From IMG/VR virus record IMGVR_UViG_2808606757_000001, positions 1,416 to 65,415 of that record: 64,000 nucleotides of DNA, one strand, 5' to 3'. The stretch's first letter is position 1, and each line of letters opens with the position of its first letter. The stretch is from a virus (lineage: Duplodnaviria; Caudoviricetes). The notes beneath the pieces are model-generated. The model saw nothing but the letters and a program-made list of their open reading frames with translations. It did no database searches and was not told the origin of the DNA. A program made the position numbers and the translations under genes. Positions 56,626 to 64,000 of the stretch are shown here, piece by piece.

Positions 56626-57917
56626 GCAACGACCACTTCCTGATCCTCGACGAAGCGATCGAGCCGCAACCCTGGACCCAATACCGGATCCTCGCCACCA
56701 AGACAGCGCCGTCGGTGTCCAAGTCGTACGACACCTCCGGCGGCAGCAACAAAGACGAGCTGGTGCACACCGTCGACGTGCAGTGGACGAACAACACCCC
56801 GCTCCACCAAGCCGTCTACGGCACCGTCACCCGGGGCGGCGCCCAAGTCACCCTCCAAGCACGGTCACGCGGCTACCTGCAGATGTTGCACGGCGTCGAC
56901 AAGCTCAACACCCCAACACCGCCCACCAGCTTCGACATGATCGAGGTATCCCGGTTCGGAGGCGGCATGGACGTCGGCAAGGGCGGAATCCTCGCCGTCG
57001 GAACCGGCTTCGGTGTGCACGAGGTCCGCAAAAACTCCAGCACCGCGCCCCTCATGCCGCACTCCGTCGGCTGGGAAACCGTCGCGCCGGGGGAGACGTT
57101 CTTCGCCCGCGTCCAAATCCGATTCAAGTCGGAATACTGGGAACAAACCACCATCGACGGCGGCGACCAGAACACCGAGTCGCTGTTCATCTCCGGCGAC
57201 ACCCGGGTGGACCTGTACGGCATCCCCGCGTTCGCCCCGCCGGCCGGACGGTCACTCCCCACCGTTGTGGGTGTCGAGCACTCCACCAACAACACGTTCC
57301 CCACCGACGTCGACGTGCCCGCCGGCACCGCGGCCGGTGACGTGATGGTCGCGATCGTCGCCAACAACATCGGGCTCGCATCCGACATCACCCCATCCGA
57401 GACCGGTTGGACCCAATGGCATGTCCGCAACGACGGACTGCTGGGCATCGCCGACGTCCACATGAAGGTCTATTGGCGCATCGCGACCGCGGCCGAGCCG
57501 GCGTCGTATCACTTCACCACCGGCGCCCTGGCCGAGGAGATCGTCCAGCTCATCGTTCTGCGTGACGCCTCAACGGATCTCACCGAATGGCATGTGTCGT
57601 CGTCGTTGAGTAAGCGGTTCTGGGAACGTGACACCGGCGCCAACATGTGCCCGAGCATCGACCGCGCGGGGCAACTGTTGATCTGCGCGTCCTACGTCGC
57701 GCACACGCCGCTGCAGGCACCGATCAACCAGACTCCGCCCGACGGCATGACTGAGCTCGAGGACGTCGACGCAGAGGGCTGCACAATGGCCTCCGCCGTG
57801 CTGCCCAACCCGCCACGCCCCACGCTGGACCGCGGGTTCGCCCCGTCCAAGGTGCCGCAGTGGTCCGGCCGTTCGATCGCCCTGTCGATCCTGGTGCCCG
57901 GGAAAGTGACCATCTGA
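56622..57917 (+). CDS. Minor tail protein (paralog 3, extra C-terminal domain)
   Basis: WTNNTP...VTRG; VPAGTAAGDVMVAIV...VYWRIATAAEPASY. Confidence 0.75.
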   Translation: MSNDHFLILDEAIEPQPWTQYRILATKTAPSVSKSYDTSGGSNKDELVHTVDVQWTNNTPLHQAVYGTVTRGGAQVTLQARSRGYLQMLHGVDKLNTPTPPTSFDMIEVSRFGGGMDVGKGGILAVGTGFGVHEVRKNSSTAPLMPHSVGWETVAPGETFFARVQIRFKSEYWEQTTIDGGDQNTESLFISGDTRVDLYGIPAFAPPAGRSLPTVVGVEHSTNNTFPTDVDVPAGTAAGDVMVAIVANNIGLASDITPSETGWTQWHVRNDGLLGIADVHMKVYWRIATAAEPASYHFTTGALAEEIVQLIVLRDASTDLTEWHVSSSLSKRFWERDTGANMCPSIDRAGQLLICASYVAHTPLQAPINQTPPDGMTELEDVDAEGCTMASAVLPNPPRPTLDRGFAPSKVPQWSGRSIALSILVPGKVTI

Positions 57918-58594
57918 TGTGGGATCCGCCCAAGGGGATCGACGACATGCTGGGCGATGCCCAGCTGGTCCCGCCCTACGCCGGCGGATTCGCGAGCCTC
58001 ACGGTTCCGGACGTCGGCACGGTGCTGGCCCGCCGGCCCCGGCCCGACGCGGTGCCGTACTTGGCGATGTCGGTCAACCCTGACGTCGACCCGATGGTTC
58101 AGCAGCACTACGCAACGCTGTTCGTGCGCAACCACATCGAGCCCGCCGATCATGAGCGGATCTTGGCGGCCATGGTGGAGGACACCCTGCCGGACACCAC
58201 GATCGGGCATTTGGCCCGCGCGTTGGCCACCTGGGGCACTGCCCGCCCGTACGTCGCAGTGATGACCTTGGCCTATATGGCCGCGACGCACTGGCGCACA
58301 TTGCGAACCCGGATGCGCGGCGACGGGATCGCCGACCCCATGGCCGTGCTGCCATCGATGCACGACATCGCTGACGAAGCCGAGAAACTTTGGCTCGAAT
58401 CGATCCACACCGGCGATGACGCCAAGGACAAGCACGCGCAGGGCCAACTGTTCGACCAGCTCTACGCGCCCGACACCGCGGAGGCGAAGCAAGTCAACGC
58501 GAAGGGCTACAAGGGTGCTCGCCCGGCCGGGTTCGAACCGGGCGAGGTGGCGGCTGATTTCAAGGAGGCGGCACGAATGTTGGGTGCACGCTAG
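57917..58594 (+). CDS. Tail assembly chaperone-like protein (GT equivalent)
   Basis: N-terminal half aligns by eye with the 40222-40749 product; extra C-terminal domain. Confidence 0.6.
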   Translation: MWDPPKGIDDMLGDAQLVPPYAGGFASLTVPDVGTVLARRPRPDAVPYLAMSVNPDVDPMVQQHYATLFVRNHIEPADHERILAAMVEDTLPDTTIGHLARALATWGTARPYVAVMTLAYMAATHWRTLRTRMRGDGIADPMAVLPSMHDIADEAEKLWLESIHTGDDAKDKHAQGQLFDQLYAPDTAEAKQVNAKGYKGARPAGFEPGEVAADFKEAARMLGAR

Positions 58595-58612
58595 GTCCAT
58601 AACCTGCGCGGC

Positions 58613-59023
58613 ATGACGGACCAGATCATCGTGGGCTACGACCCGTCGAAACCGGCGGGTGAGCGGCTCGCGCCGGAGGTCCGGGAGGAGATCGCCGAGG
58701 TAGCGCCGTCCACGCTGCTGAACGGTGCGGTCACCACGGCGAAATTGCGGGACGGTGCGGTATCCACCGCGAAGATCGCCGACGGCGCTGTCACCTCACC
58801 GAAGATCGGCACCGGCGAAGTCAAGACCGTCAACTTGGGCGACGGTGCAGTGACCACCGCCAAACTCGACAACGGCGCCGTCACCGCGGACAAGGCCGGC
58901 ACCGGCGTTGTGACCGCACGCAACAAGGACGGCGACCCGATCACCCTCACCGTCGTGCCGATCGCCGCAGCCGACTATGCCGCGATCACCAAGGACCCGA
59001 ACACCATGTACGCGGTGTACTGA
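58613..59023 (+). CDS. Fiber-like protein with 10-aa repeats
   Basis: GAVTTAKLxD-type unit repeated about six times. Confidence 0.8.
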   Translation: MTDQIIVGYDPSKPAGERLAPEVREEIAEVAPSTLLNGAVTTAKLRDGAVSTAKIADGAVTSPKIGTGEVKTVNLGDGAVTTAKLDNGAVTADKAGTGVVTARNKDGDPITLTVVPIAAADYAAITKDPNTMYAVY

Positions 59024-59733
59024 TGCCCCTCAACTTCGGTGGCACCCACCCGATTCAGGCGCTCAAGCTGGCCGATATCGACTTTCAGAAGTTGTGCCTG
59101 GGCTCCACGATCCTCTGGTCCAAGAGCAGCATCCGAATCAGCTTCGACGGCCCCGACGCCGCGACTCTCGGCGTTGACTGGGTCGACTACGGCCCGTCGA
59201 GCACGTACAAGGCCGGCATCGTCAACGGCCAATGCCGCCTGGCCATCCCGGACGGCCTGATCTCGCTGCCGCTGCTGACGAGCCGCCAGCGTTACAACGC
59301 CGCGCAGGCCCCGAACACGGACTACGAGTTGGAGTTCCGCGTCGGCTCGCAAGGTTCCGGCCCGTCCATCACTGGTGATCTGTCCAAGACTCAGGTGTTC
59401 GCCCGGGTGTCGAACACCGCGTTTACGCATGGTGTGGGTGTGCAGCTCGACTCGTCGACGTTGCGGATCGTGCGGCGGGTTTCCAACACCGACACCATCA
59501 TGCTCAACAACGGGGGCACATTCGCTGCCGGTGACACCATCAACCTCAAGGGCGTCGGCAACCTGCACACTCTGCGCCGCAACGGCTCCCGGGTCGGCGA
59601 GTGGCCCGACACCACTGGCACCGCGGCGTCGGGGCCCGGCTACAAGTCCCTCGGCGTGGTGGTGATGGGTTCCAAGGACCTGCTCGGGCCGCGCCGGTTC
59701 GGGCCGACGATCGACTGGGTTGAGCTCAACTAG
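59023..59733 (+). CDS. Minor tail protein (beta-sandwich)
   Basis: Coupled; SGPGYKSLG...IDW C-terminus. Confidence 0.7.
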   Translation: MPLNFGGTHPIQALKLADIDFQKLCLGSTILWSKSSIRISFDGPDAATLGVDWVDYGPSSTYKAGIVNGQCRLAIPDGLISLPLLTSRQRYNAAQAPNTDYELEFRVGSQGSGPSITGDLSKTQVFARVSNTAFTHGVGVQLDSSTLRIVRRVSNTDTIMLNNGGTFAAGDTINLKGVGNLHTLRRNGSRVGEWPDTTGTAASGPGYKSLGVVVMGSKDLLGPRRFGPTIDWVELN

Positions 59734-59764
59734 TCGTTGCACCCGGCGGGCCTACTTTCGCGCC

Positions 59765-60058
59765 GTGAACAAACTCCTCGCGGTGTTCGCATCGCTGCTG
59801 GCCAAAGCCTTGTTTGAGCAGGCCGTGGCCTATCTGAAGAACCCCGAGAACCGTGACGACATCGAGGACGCAACGCGTTTCGTGTTGGAGCGGGCCACCA
59901 GCGCGACTCCGTGGACGTGGGACGACCGGGCCGTCCGGCTGTTGGCCGACGCGCTCAGCGCCAAGATCCCAGGGCTCGACGGGCTCGGCGCCGCGGTGCA
60001 GCAGCTCCAGCGGCTCATCCGCAACCCCATCGATGGACTGCTGGGTGGTGGCCGGTGA
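59765..60058 (+). CDS. Hypothetical protein at the start of the lysis operon
   Basis: Late promoter motif; TPWTWDD. Confidence 0.65.
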   Translation: MNKLLAVFASLLAKALFEQAVAYLKNPENRDDIEDATRFVLERATSATPWTWDDRAVRLLADALSAKIPGLDGLGAAVQQLQRLIRNPIDGLLGGGR

Positions 60059-60447
60059 GCATCGCGGAGGCAATCGCTCTGGCCGGCCTCGCGCACATGG
60101 TCGGCGACTACCTGATCCAGTCCGATTGGATGGCTCAGGAGAAGACCAAACGGTGGTGGCCAGCGATCGCGCACGCGCTCACCTACGGTCTCCCGTTCCT
60201 GTTCATCACCCAGTCGGTACTCGCGCTGGCCGTGATCGTCGGCACGCACGCGGTGATCGACCACTACCGGCTGGCCCGGCACGTCGTGTGGTTCAAGAAC
60301 CAGCTCGCACCCCGCGCGTTCCGGCCGCCGCATACCGCAACCGGGTATGCGCAGGAGAGTCCAGCGTGGCTCTCGGTGTGGCTGCTCATCATCGCCGACA
60401 ACGTGCTCCACATGCTGTTCAACGTCGCCGCGGTGGTGTGGTTATGA
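60055..60447 (+). CDS. DUF3307-like membrane protein
   Basis: AHMVGDYLIQSDWMA..K...H...HAVID...ADNVLH. Confidence 0.85.
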   Translation: MSIAEAIALAGLAHMVGDYLIQSDWMAQEKTKRWWPAIAHALTYGLPFLFITQSVLALAVIVGTHAVIDHYRLARHVVWFKNQLAPRAFRPPHTATGYAQESPAWLSVWLLIIADNVLHMLFNVAAVVWL

Positions 60448-61736
60448 GCTTCACACGGTTCGACGCACAGCCGCTCCATACCCGCGAGGAGATCGCCCGA
60501 ATCGTTCACACGGTCAGCCTCGGCCGCGGCCTCGACGAGCTGGCGACGGTGATCGCGCTCATGACCATCTCCACCGAGGTTGGTGCCGCCGACGCGAACG
60601 GGCATCGGCAATGGTGGTGCCCAGCCAACAACCGGGTGCCCGCCACATTCAACTTCGCCCACGACTCCGAGAGTGATGACAACCGCTCGTCGGGTTACTT
60701 CCAGCAGCAGCCCGGCCCGAACGGTGAACCGTGGTGGGGCACACCCGCGGACATGATGACGCTGTCCCGGGCCGCGAACACGTTCCTCGAGCGTCTGGCC
60801 GACGACTACGGCCGCGCCGCCAACAACCCCGCGCTGGCCGGCCATTTCGCGCAACGCGTCCAGCAGTCCGCATTCCCCGACCGCTACGCCGAGAAGTGGG
60901 CCGAGGCGTGGGCGGTGCTGCGCCGCGCACTCAGCAACGAAACCCCAACCACCCCAGGAGGAACCGTGGGCTACACCGGAGACCCTGTCTGGCTCGAAGA
61001 CGTCCTGCGCGATGCGCTCGGTGACCGCCTCGTCGTGGCCCAGGCCGACTGGAAGGAACGCGGCACCGGCGGCCAGATGGGTGACATCTGGGGCGTCATG
61101 ATCCACCACACCGGCAACGACCGCGAAACCGTCGCCGGGATCCGCGACGGCCGCCCCGACCTCGCCGGGCCGCTGTCGCAGTGCCTCATCACCCCCGACG
61201 GCAAGTGCCATCTCATCGCCGTCGGCCCATGCAACCACTCCGGGAAGGGTTCGTATCCCGGCGTGGGCACCAACAACGGCAACCAGCGGCTCATCGGCTT
61301 CGAATGCGCCTGGCCCACCATCCGCCCCGACGGTAGTTACGACCCCGCGCAGCGTTGGCCCGACGCGCAGATCATCACCATGCGCGATGCGTCGGCCGCG
61401 GTGCTCAAGCGCCTCGGCTACGACTCGTCGCACGTGATCGGTCACAAGGAATATGCCGGCGCTGTCCAGGGCAAGTGGGACCCGGGCAACATCGACATGG
61501 GGTGGTTCCGCGGCGAAGTGCAGAAGGACTTGGACGGGTTCGTGTTCCCCGGTGAGCACCCGCCCGTCGAACCGCAGCCCGGGCCCGCGCTGCCGCCGGA
61601 CTACGACAAAGAGGTCTGGGACCAGCTGCGCATCGAGTGGCCGCAGCTCGGCGGCCGGACACTGGTCGACACCGTCGCGGCCATCGGCGCCAAGCTCGGT
61701 ATCGACGGCTGCTACGACACCAAAGCCGGTGCGTGA
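60444..61736 (+). CDS. lysA: Lysin A (N-terminal catalytic domain + Zn amidase + C-terminal binding domain)
   Basis: Amidase_2 motifs IHHT, IGFE, VIGHKEY, KWDPG; C-terminal WPQLGGRTLVD. Confidence 0.92.
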   Translation: MSFTRFDAQPLHTREEIARIVHTVSLGRGLDELATVIALMTISTEVGAADANGHRQWWCPANNRVPATFNFAHDSESDDNRSSGYFQQQPGPNGEPWWGTPADMMTLSRAANTFLERLADDYGRAANNPALAGHFAQRVQQSAFPDRYAEKWAEAWAVLRRALSNETPTTPGGTVGYTGDPVWLEDVLRDALGDRLVVAQADWKERGTGGQMGDIWGVMIHHTGNDRETVAGIRDGRPDLAGPLSQCLITPDGKCHLIAVGPCNHSGKGSYPGVGTNNGNQRLIGFECAWPTIRPDGSYDPAQRWPDAQIITMRDASAAVLKRLGYDSSHVIGHKEYAGAVQGKWDPGNIDMGWFRGEVQKDLDGFVFPGEHPPVEPQPGPALPPDYDKEVWDQLRIEWPQLGGRTLVDTVAAIGAKLGIDGCYDTKAGA

Positions 61737-62719
61737 TGGCCTGGGCGCCGCCTCAGAACATCGGCGACCGCGACCCACTCATCGCCGCGGCTAAGCGGGA
61801 ACTGCGCAAGTTCAGCTACGGCCAGGGGCTTGGTGACAGCGACGAGTACACCGCTGAGTTCGGAGTCGCGCTCCGCCAGTGGCAGTCCAACATCCATTAC
61901 CAGGTGGTGTTCAAGTCCCGTCCGGGCCCGGACGTGAACCTGGTCGGGATCTTCGACTGGGCCGTCAAGAAGCAGATGCGGCTGCTACCCGAGCCGGTGC
62001 TGCCGTGGATCATCACCGTTGCCGGGCACCTCGGCGGCATGGAGACCGGCCCGGCATACCTCGCCGCGCGCGCTCTTGAAGAGCAAGGGCTGTGCCGGGT
62101 GCAGATGGTCGGCTACGACAACGTGGCCTTGCCGTTCAACAACCGATCCGGGTTCGACGAGCTGCACCGCATCATCCACGAGGTCATCCCGCCCGATGCC
62201 CGTTACCTGATCACCTCGCACAGTCAGGGCTGCATCGTCACCTCCGACTACCTCGAACAGGTTCTTCTACCGGGCAAGGCGCGCGGGGAGAAGCCGTACA
62301 CCAACTTCCGGGGCGGTGTGCACTGGGCCAACCCGCGCCGGCCGATGGGGGTGTGCGCCTCGTGGGTGACGGATCCGCCGGCCGCAGACAGTGAGGGCCT
62401 GGACCCGAACTGTCTCCGCATCAAGGTCGATGGCGTCGAAGAGGTCGCGCGCCGCAAGGATCTGTACGCCGAGAAGCGACGCAGCCAGTCCGCCGAATAC
62501 AAAGAGGCCGTGTATCTCGCGGCCGCGCGCGGGCAGTGGACCGGCAAACACTCGCTGGCTGAGCAGATCGGCGAGCTGTTCACCGAGTTCGGCCACTCGG
62601 TCATCGACGTGTTCAAGGCCATCGCAGACGGCGTCGGGTTCGTCACCAACATGGACCCACACAACATCTTCGACCTCGGCCCGGGGATCGAGCACATGCG
62701 CGAGCTTCTGGCAGCCTGA
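61736..62719 (+). CDS. lysB: Lysin B (PG-binding N-terminus + serine esterase)
   Basis: After lysA; nucleophile elbow SHSQG, NPRR, DLYA, C-terminal PH. Confidence 0.85.
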   Translation: MAWAPPQNIGDRDPLIAAAKRELRKFSYGQGLGDSDEYTAEFGVALRQWQSNIHYQVVFKSRPGPDVNLVGIFDWAVKKQMRLLPEPVLPWIITVAGHLGGMETGPAYLAARALEEQGLCRVQMVGYDNVALPFNNRSGFDELHRIIHEVIPPDARYLITSHSQGCIVTSDYLEQVLLPGKARGEKPYTNFRGGVHWANPRRPMGVCASWVTDPPAADSEGLDPNCLRIKVDGVEEVARRKDLYAEKRRSQSAEYKEAVYLAAARGQWTGKHSLAEQIGELFTEFGHSVIDVFKAIADGVGFVTNMDPHNIFDLGPGIEHMRELLAA

Positions 62720-62721
62720 CC

Positions 62722-62823
62722 GTGAACGTCGCCGCCTGGGCAATAGTCGGGGCCGGCATCACCTACAGCGCGCTCAGCATCGGTGCAGCGTTCGGTCTGG
62801 CGTGGTGGAACCGGCGCAACTAG
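62722..62823 (+). CDS. Small single-TM peptide (33 aa)
   Basis: MNVAAWAIVGAGITYSALSIGAAFGLAWWNRRN directly after lysB. Confidence 0.45.
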   Translation: MNVAAWAIVGAGITYSALSIGAAFGLAWWNRRN

Positions 62824-62987
62824 CTCCTGTCCAGGTTGAATACCGTGAAGCCGATCTTGGCGACCGCATCAGCAAGACTCTCGACCGCCTGCGCCATCTC
62901 CCGCTCGTAAAAGGTGCTGGCAGCGCCCTGGGCATTCCGCGCGTGCGCAGCGGCACGCAGGGCATCGTCTCGTGCTGTCGTTCCCAT
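62820..62987 (-). CDS. Small hypothetical protein
   Basis: RBS GGAGAA on the minus strand. Confidence 0.5.
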   Translation of the reverse strand: MGTTARDDALRAAAHARNAQGAASTFYEREMAQAVESLADAVAKIGFTVFNLDRS

Positions 62988-63010
62988 GGTTCTCCGTGTC
63001 TCGTTGGGCG

Positions 63011-63313
63011 TTAGTCGATGTGGTACGGCGGCTGGCCGAGCGGCGTCGGCGGGAAGTTGTTCGGATCCACCGGATAGCAGCGACCCGTCGGCGGGATCCA
63101 ACCGGCCACCTGACCGTACTGGCCGGAGAACGACTGCGGCGACGACGTGAAGCACCGCCGCCACGTGCCGTCGGGCTGGACCGGATCGTCGCAATACTGC
63201 GCGAACACCTGATACTCGCAGCCCGCGCTGGCCGGTGCGGCGAATCCGACCGCCAGGCCGGCACCCGCAACGCTCAGCACGAGGGCGGGCAATGCGATGC
63301 GCTTCATGGTCAT
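63011..63313 (-). CDS. Secreted CDGP-like protein
   Basis: Signal peptide ending APASA; YCDDPVQPDGTWRRC. Confidence 0.75.
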   Translation of the reverse strand: MTMKRIALPALVLSVAGAGLAVGFAAPASAGCEYQVFAQYCDDPVQPDGTWRRCFTSSPQSFSGQYGQVAGWIPPTGRCYPVDPNNFPPTPLGQPPYHID

Positions 63314-63762
63314 TCCTTCCCCGTGAGGAGAACTTTCAGTGTCGCCTTGCCGGACGTCTCTTTCTCCACGATCACGTCGCCGCTGTCGTAGTCGGTGAGG
63401 GTCGTCTTGCAGGTCCCACGTGTGGGTGACGTGACGATGTTGAACATCACGTTCTCGTCACCGCGGCCGAGGCTGTAGTGCGACGAGAACGTGCTTTGGC
63501 CGCCTGCCATCTGGGTTGTGGGGTTGCGGCCGACCAAGTACTTGTTATCGATTTCGCCGTAGGCGACGCGGACGTTCGCCACGCCGTCCTCGCCGCAGTC
63601 CACCGTCGCGGAGAGCGTCGGGTCTGCACCGCGTAACTCCGGGACGTCGGGCGCCGACTTGGTGGTGCTCGAATCGCTAGAACTGGCGACGGTGCCTCCG
63701 CCGCTGCCGCAGCCGGTGAGGACAGCCACGAGCGCGACGAACCCTGCGAACCCCCTGTACAT
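63310..63762 (-). CDS. Lipoprotein (leaderless, probably lysogen-expressed)
   Basis: Lipobox VLTGC; minus-strand TAATAT-N7-ATG. Confidence 0.75.
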   Translation of the reverse strand: MYRGFAGFVALVAVLTGCGSGGGTVASSSDSSTTKSAPDVPELRGADPTLSATVDCGEDGVANVRVAYGEIDNKYLVGRNPTTQMAGGQSTFSSHYSLGRGDENVMFNIVTSPTRGTCKTTLTDYDSGDVIVEKETSGKATLKVLLTGKE

Positions 63763-63805
63763 GGGCGGAATATTAACGCCCCGGTTGTTGCGTGGGGCAA
63801 CGAAT

Positions 63806-63937
63806 CGTGACACCGCCCGAGTTGTCACGGAGTTGTCACAACCTGGCGCGAACAACCCCGAACAATGGCGACCAACCGCGAACTGTTTGCGCAGGTCAGT
63901 CGGTCAACGGCGAACAATCGCGAACACGTGCGAATCC
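63806..63937. repeat. att arm: integrase arm-type and directionality-factor repeats
   Basis: GAGTTGTCAC at 63819 and 63830; CGAACAA-like units at 63849, 63859, 63869, 63879 and 63911, 63921, 63931. Confidence 0.75.
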
Positions 63938-63942
63938 CGTTC

Positions 63943-64000
63943 AGCGGACTGTAAATCCGTCGGCTTACGCCTACACAGGTTCGAATCCTGTACCTGCCAC
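63943..64000 (+). tRNA. 3' portion of tRNA-Tyr(GTA), att common core (attR-like)
   Basis: Anticodon arm GCGGA-CTGTAAA-TCCGT, long variable arm, T-arm GGTTCGAATCC, acceptor 3' strand; 5' half absent. Confidence 0.9.

Larger units (their letters stand above)
1..64000. mobile_element. Temperate siphovirus prophage of an actinobacterial (mycobacterial-type) host; right part, integrase not in window
   Basis: Contiguous immunity, replication, packaging, head, tail and lysis modules; WhiB and lysin B point to a mycolate-containing host; window ends in a tRNA 3'-half att core. Confidence 0.95.

Noticed and set aside
49219-59733. Diversity-generating retroelement or retron acting on tail genes
   Set aside because: No reverse transcriptase ORF and no template/variable repeat pair noticed
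63849-63937. Short repeats as a CRISPR array
   Set aside because: 7-bp units with 3-bp gaps, no spacers and no cas genes; att arm context
63943-64000. Functional tRNA gene
   Set aside because: Acceptor 5' strand and D-arm are missing; it is an att core duplication

Overview
About 64 kb of a high-GC temperate actinobacteriophage (mycobacteriophage-like siphovirus), most likely the right-hand part of a prophage. The window ends in the 3' half of a tRNA-Tyr (att core) preceded by arm-type repeats, and no integrase is visible (probably left of the window). Gene order: leftward HTH repressor and rightward cro, xis and antirepressor; an early operon (RecE/RecT, DEDD exonuclease, RusA, ASCH, WhiB, Rep with iterons, loader-like protein); terS; an inserted serine resolvase / GIY-YIG / toxin-antitoxin island; terL, portal, MuF-protease fusion, capsid and tail genes with a 1986-aa tape measure; lysin A and lysin B; then leftward membrane/secreted genes. 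The main observations are regulatory. (1) An exact PafBC-type DNA-damage promoter (TGTCGG-N10-TACCCT) drives a small gene convergent into a repressor that lacks a self-cleavage domain, suggesting RecA/LexA-independent induction. (2) A fixed-geometry promoter class, CAC-N10-(T)ANNNT, lies in front of 13-14 packaging, virion and lysis genes, mostly leaderless. (3) The tail chaperones G and GT appear to be two separate paralogous genes about 17 kb apart rather than a frameshift pair. (4) Strong strand-composition switches occur near 19 kb and 51-52 kb. All product calls come from motif recognition and synteny, without database searches.
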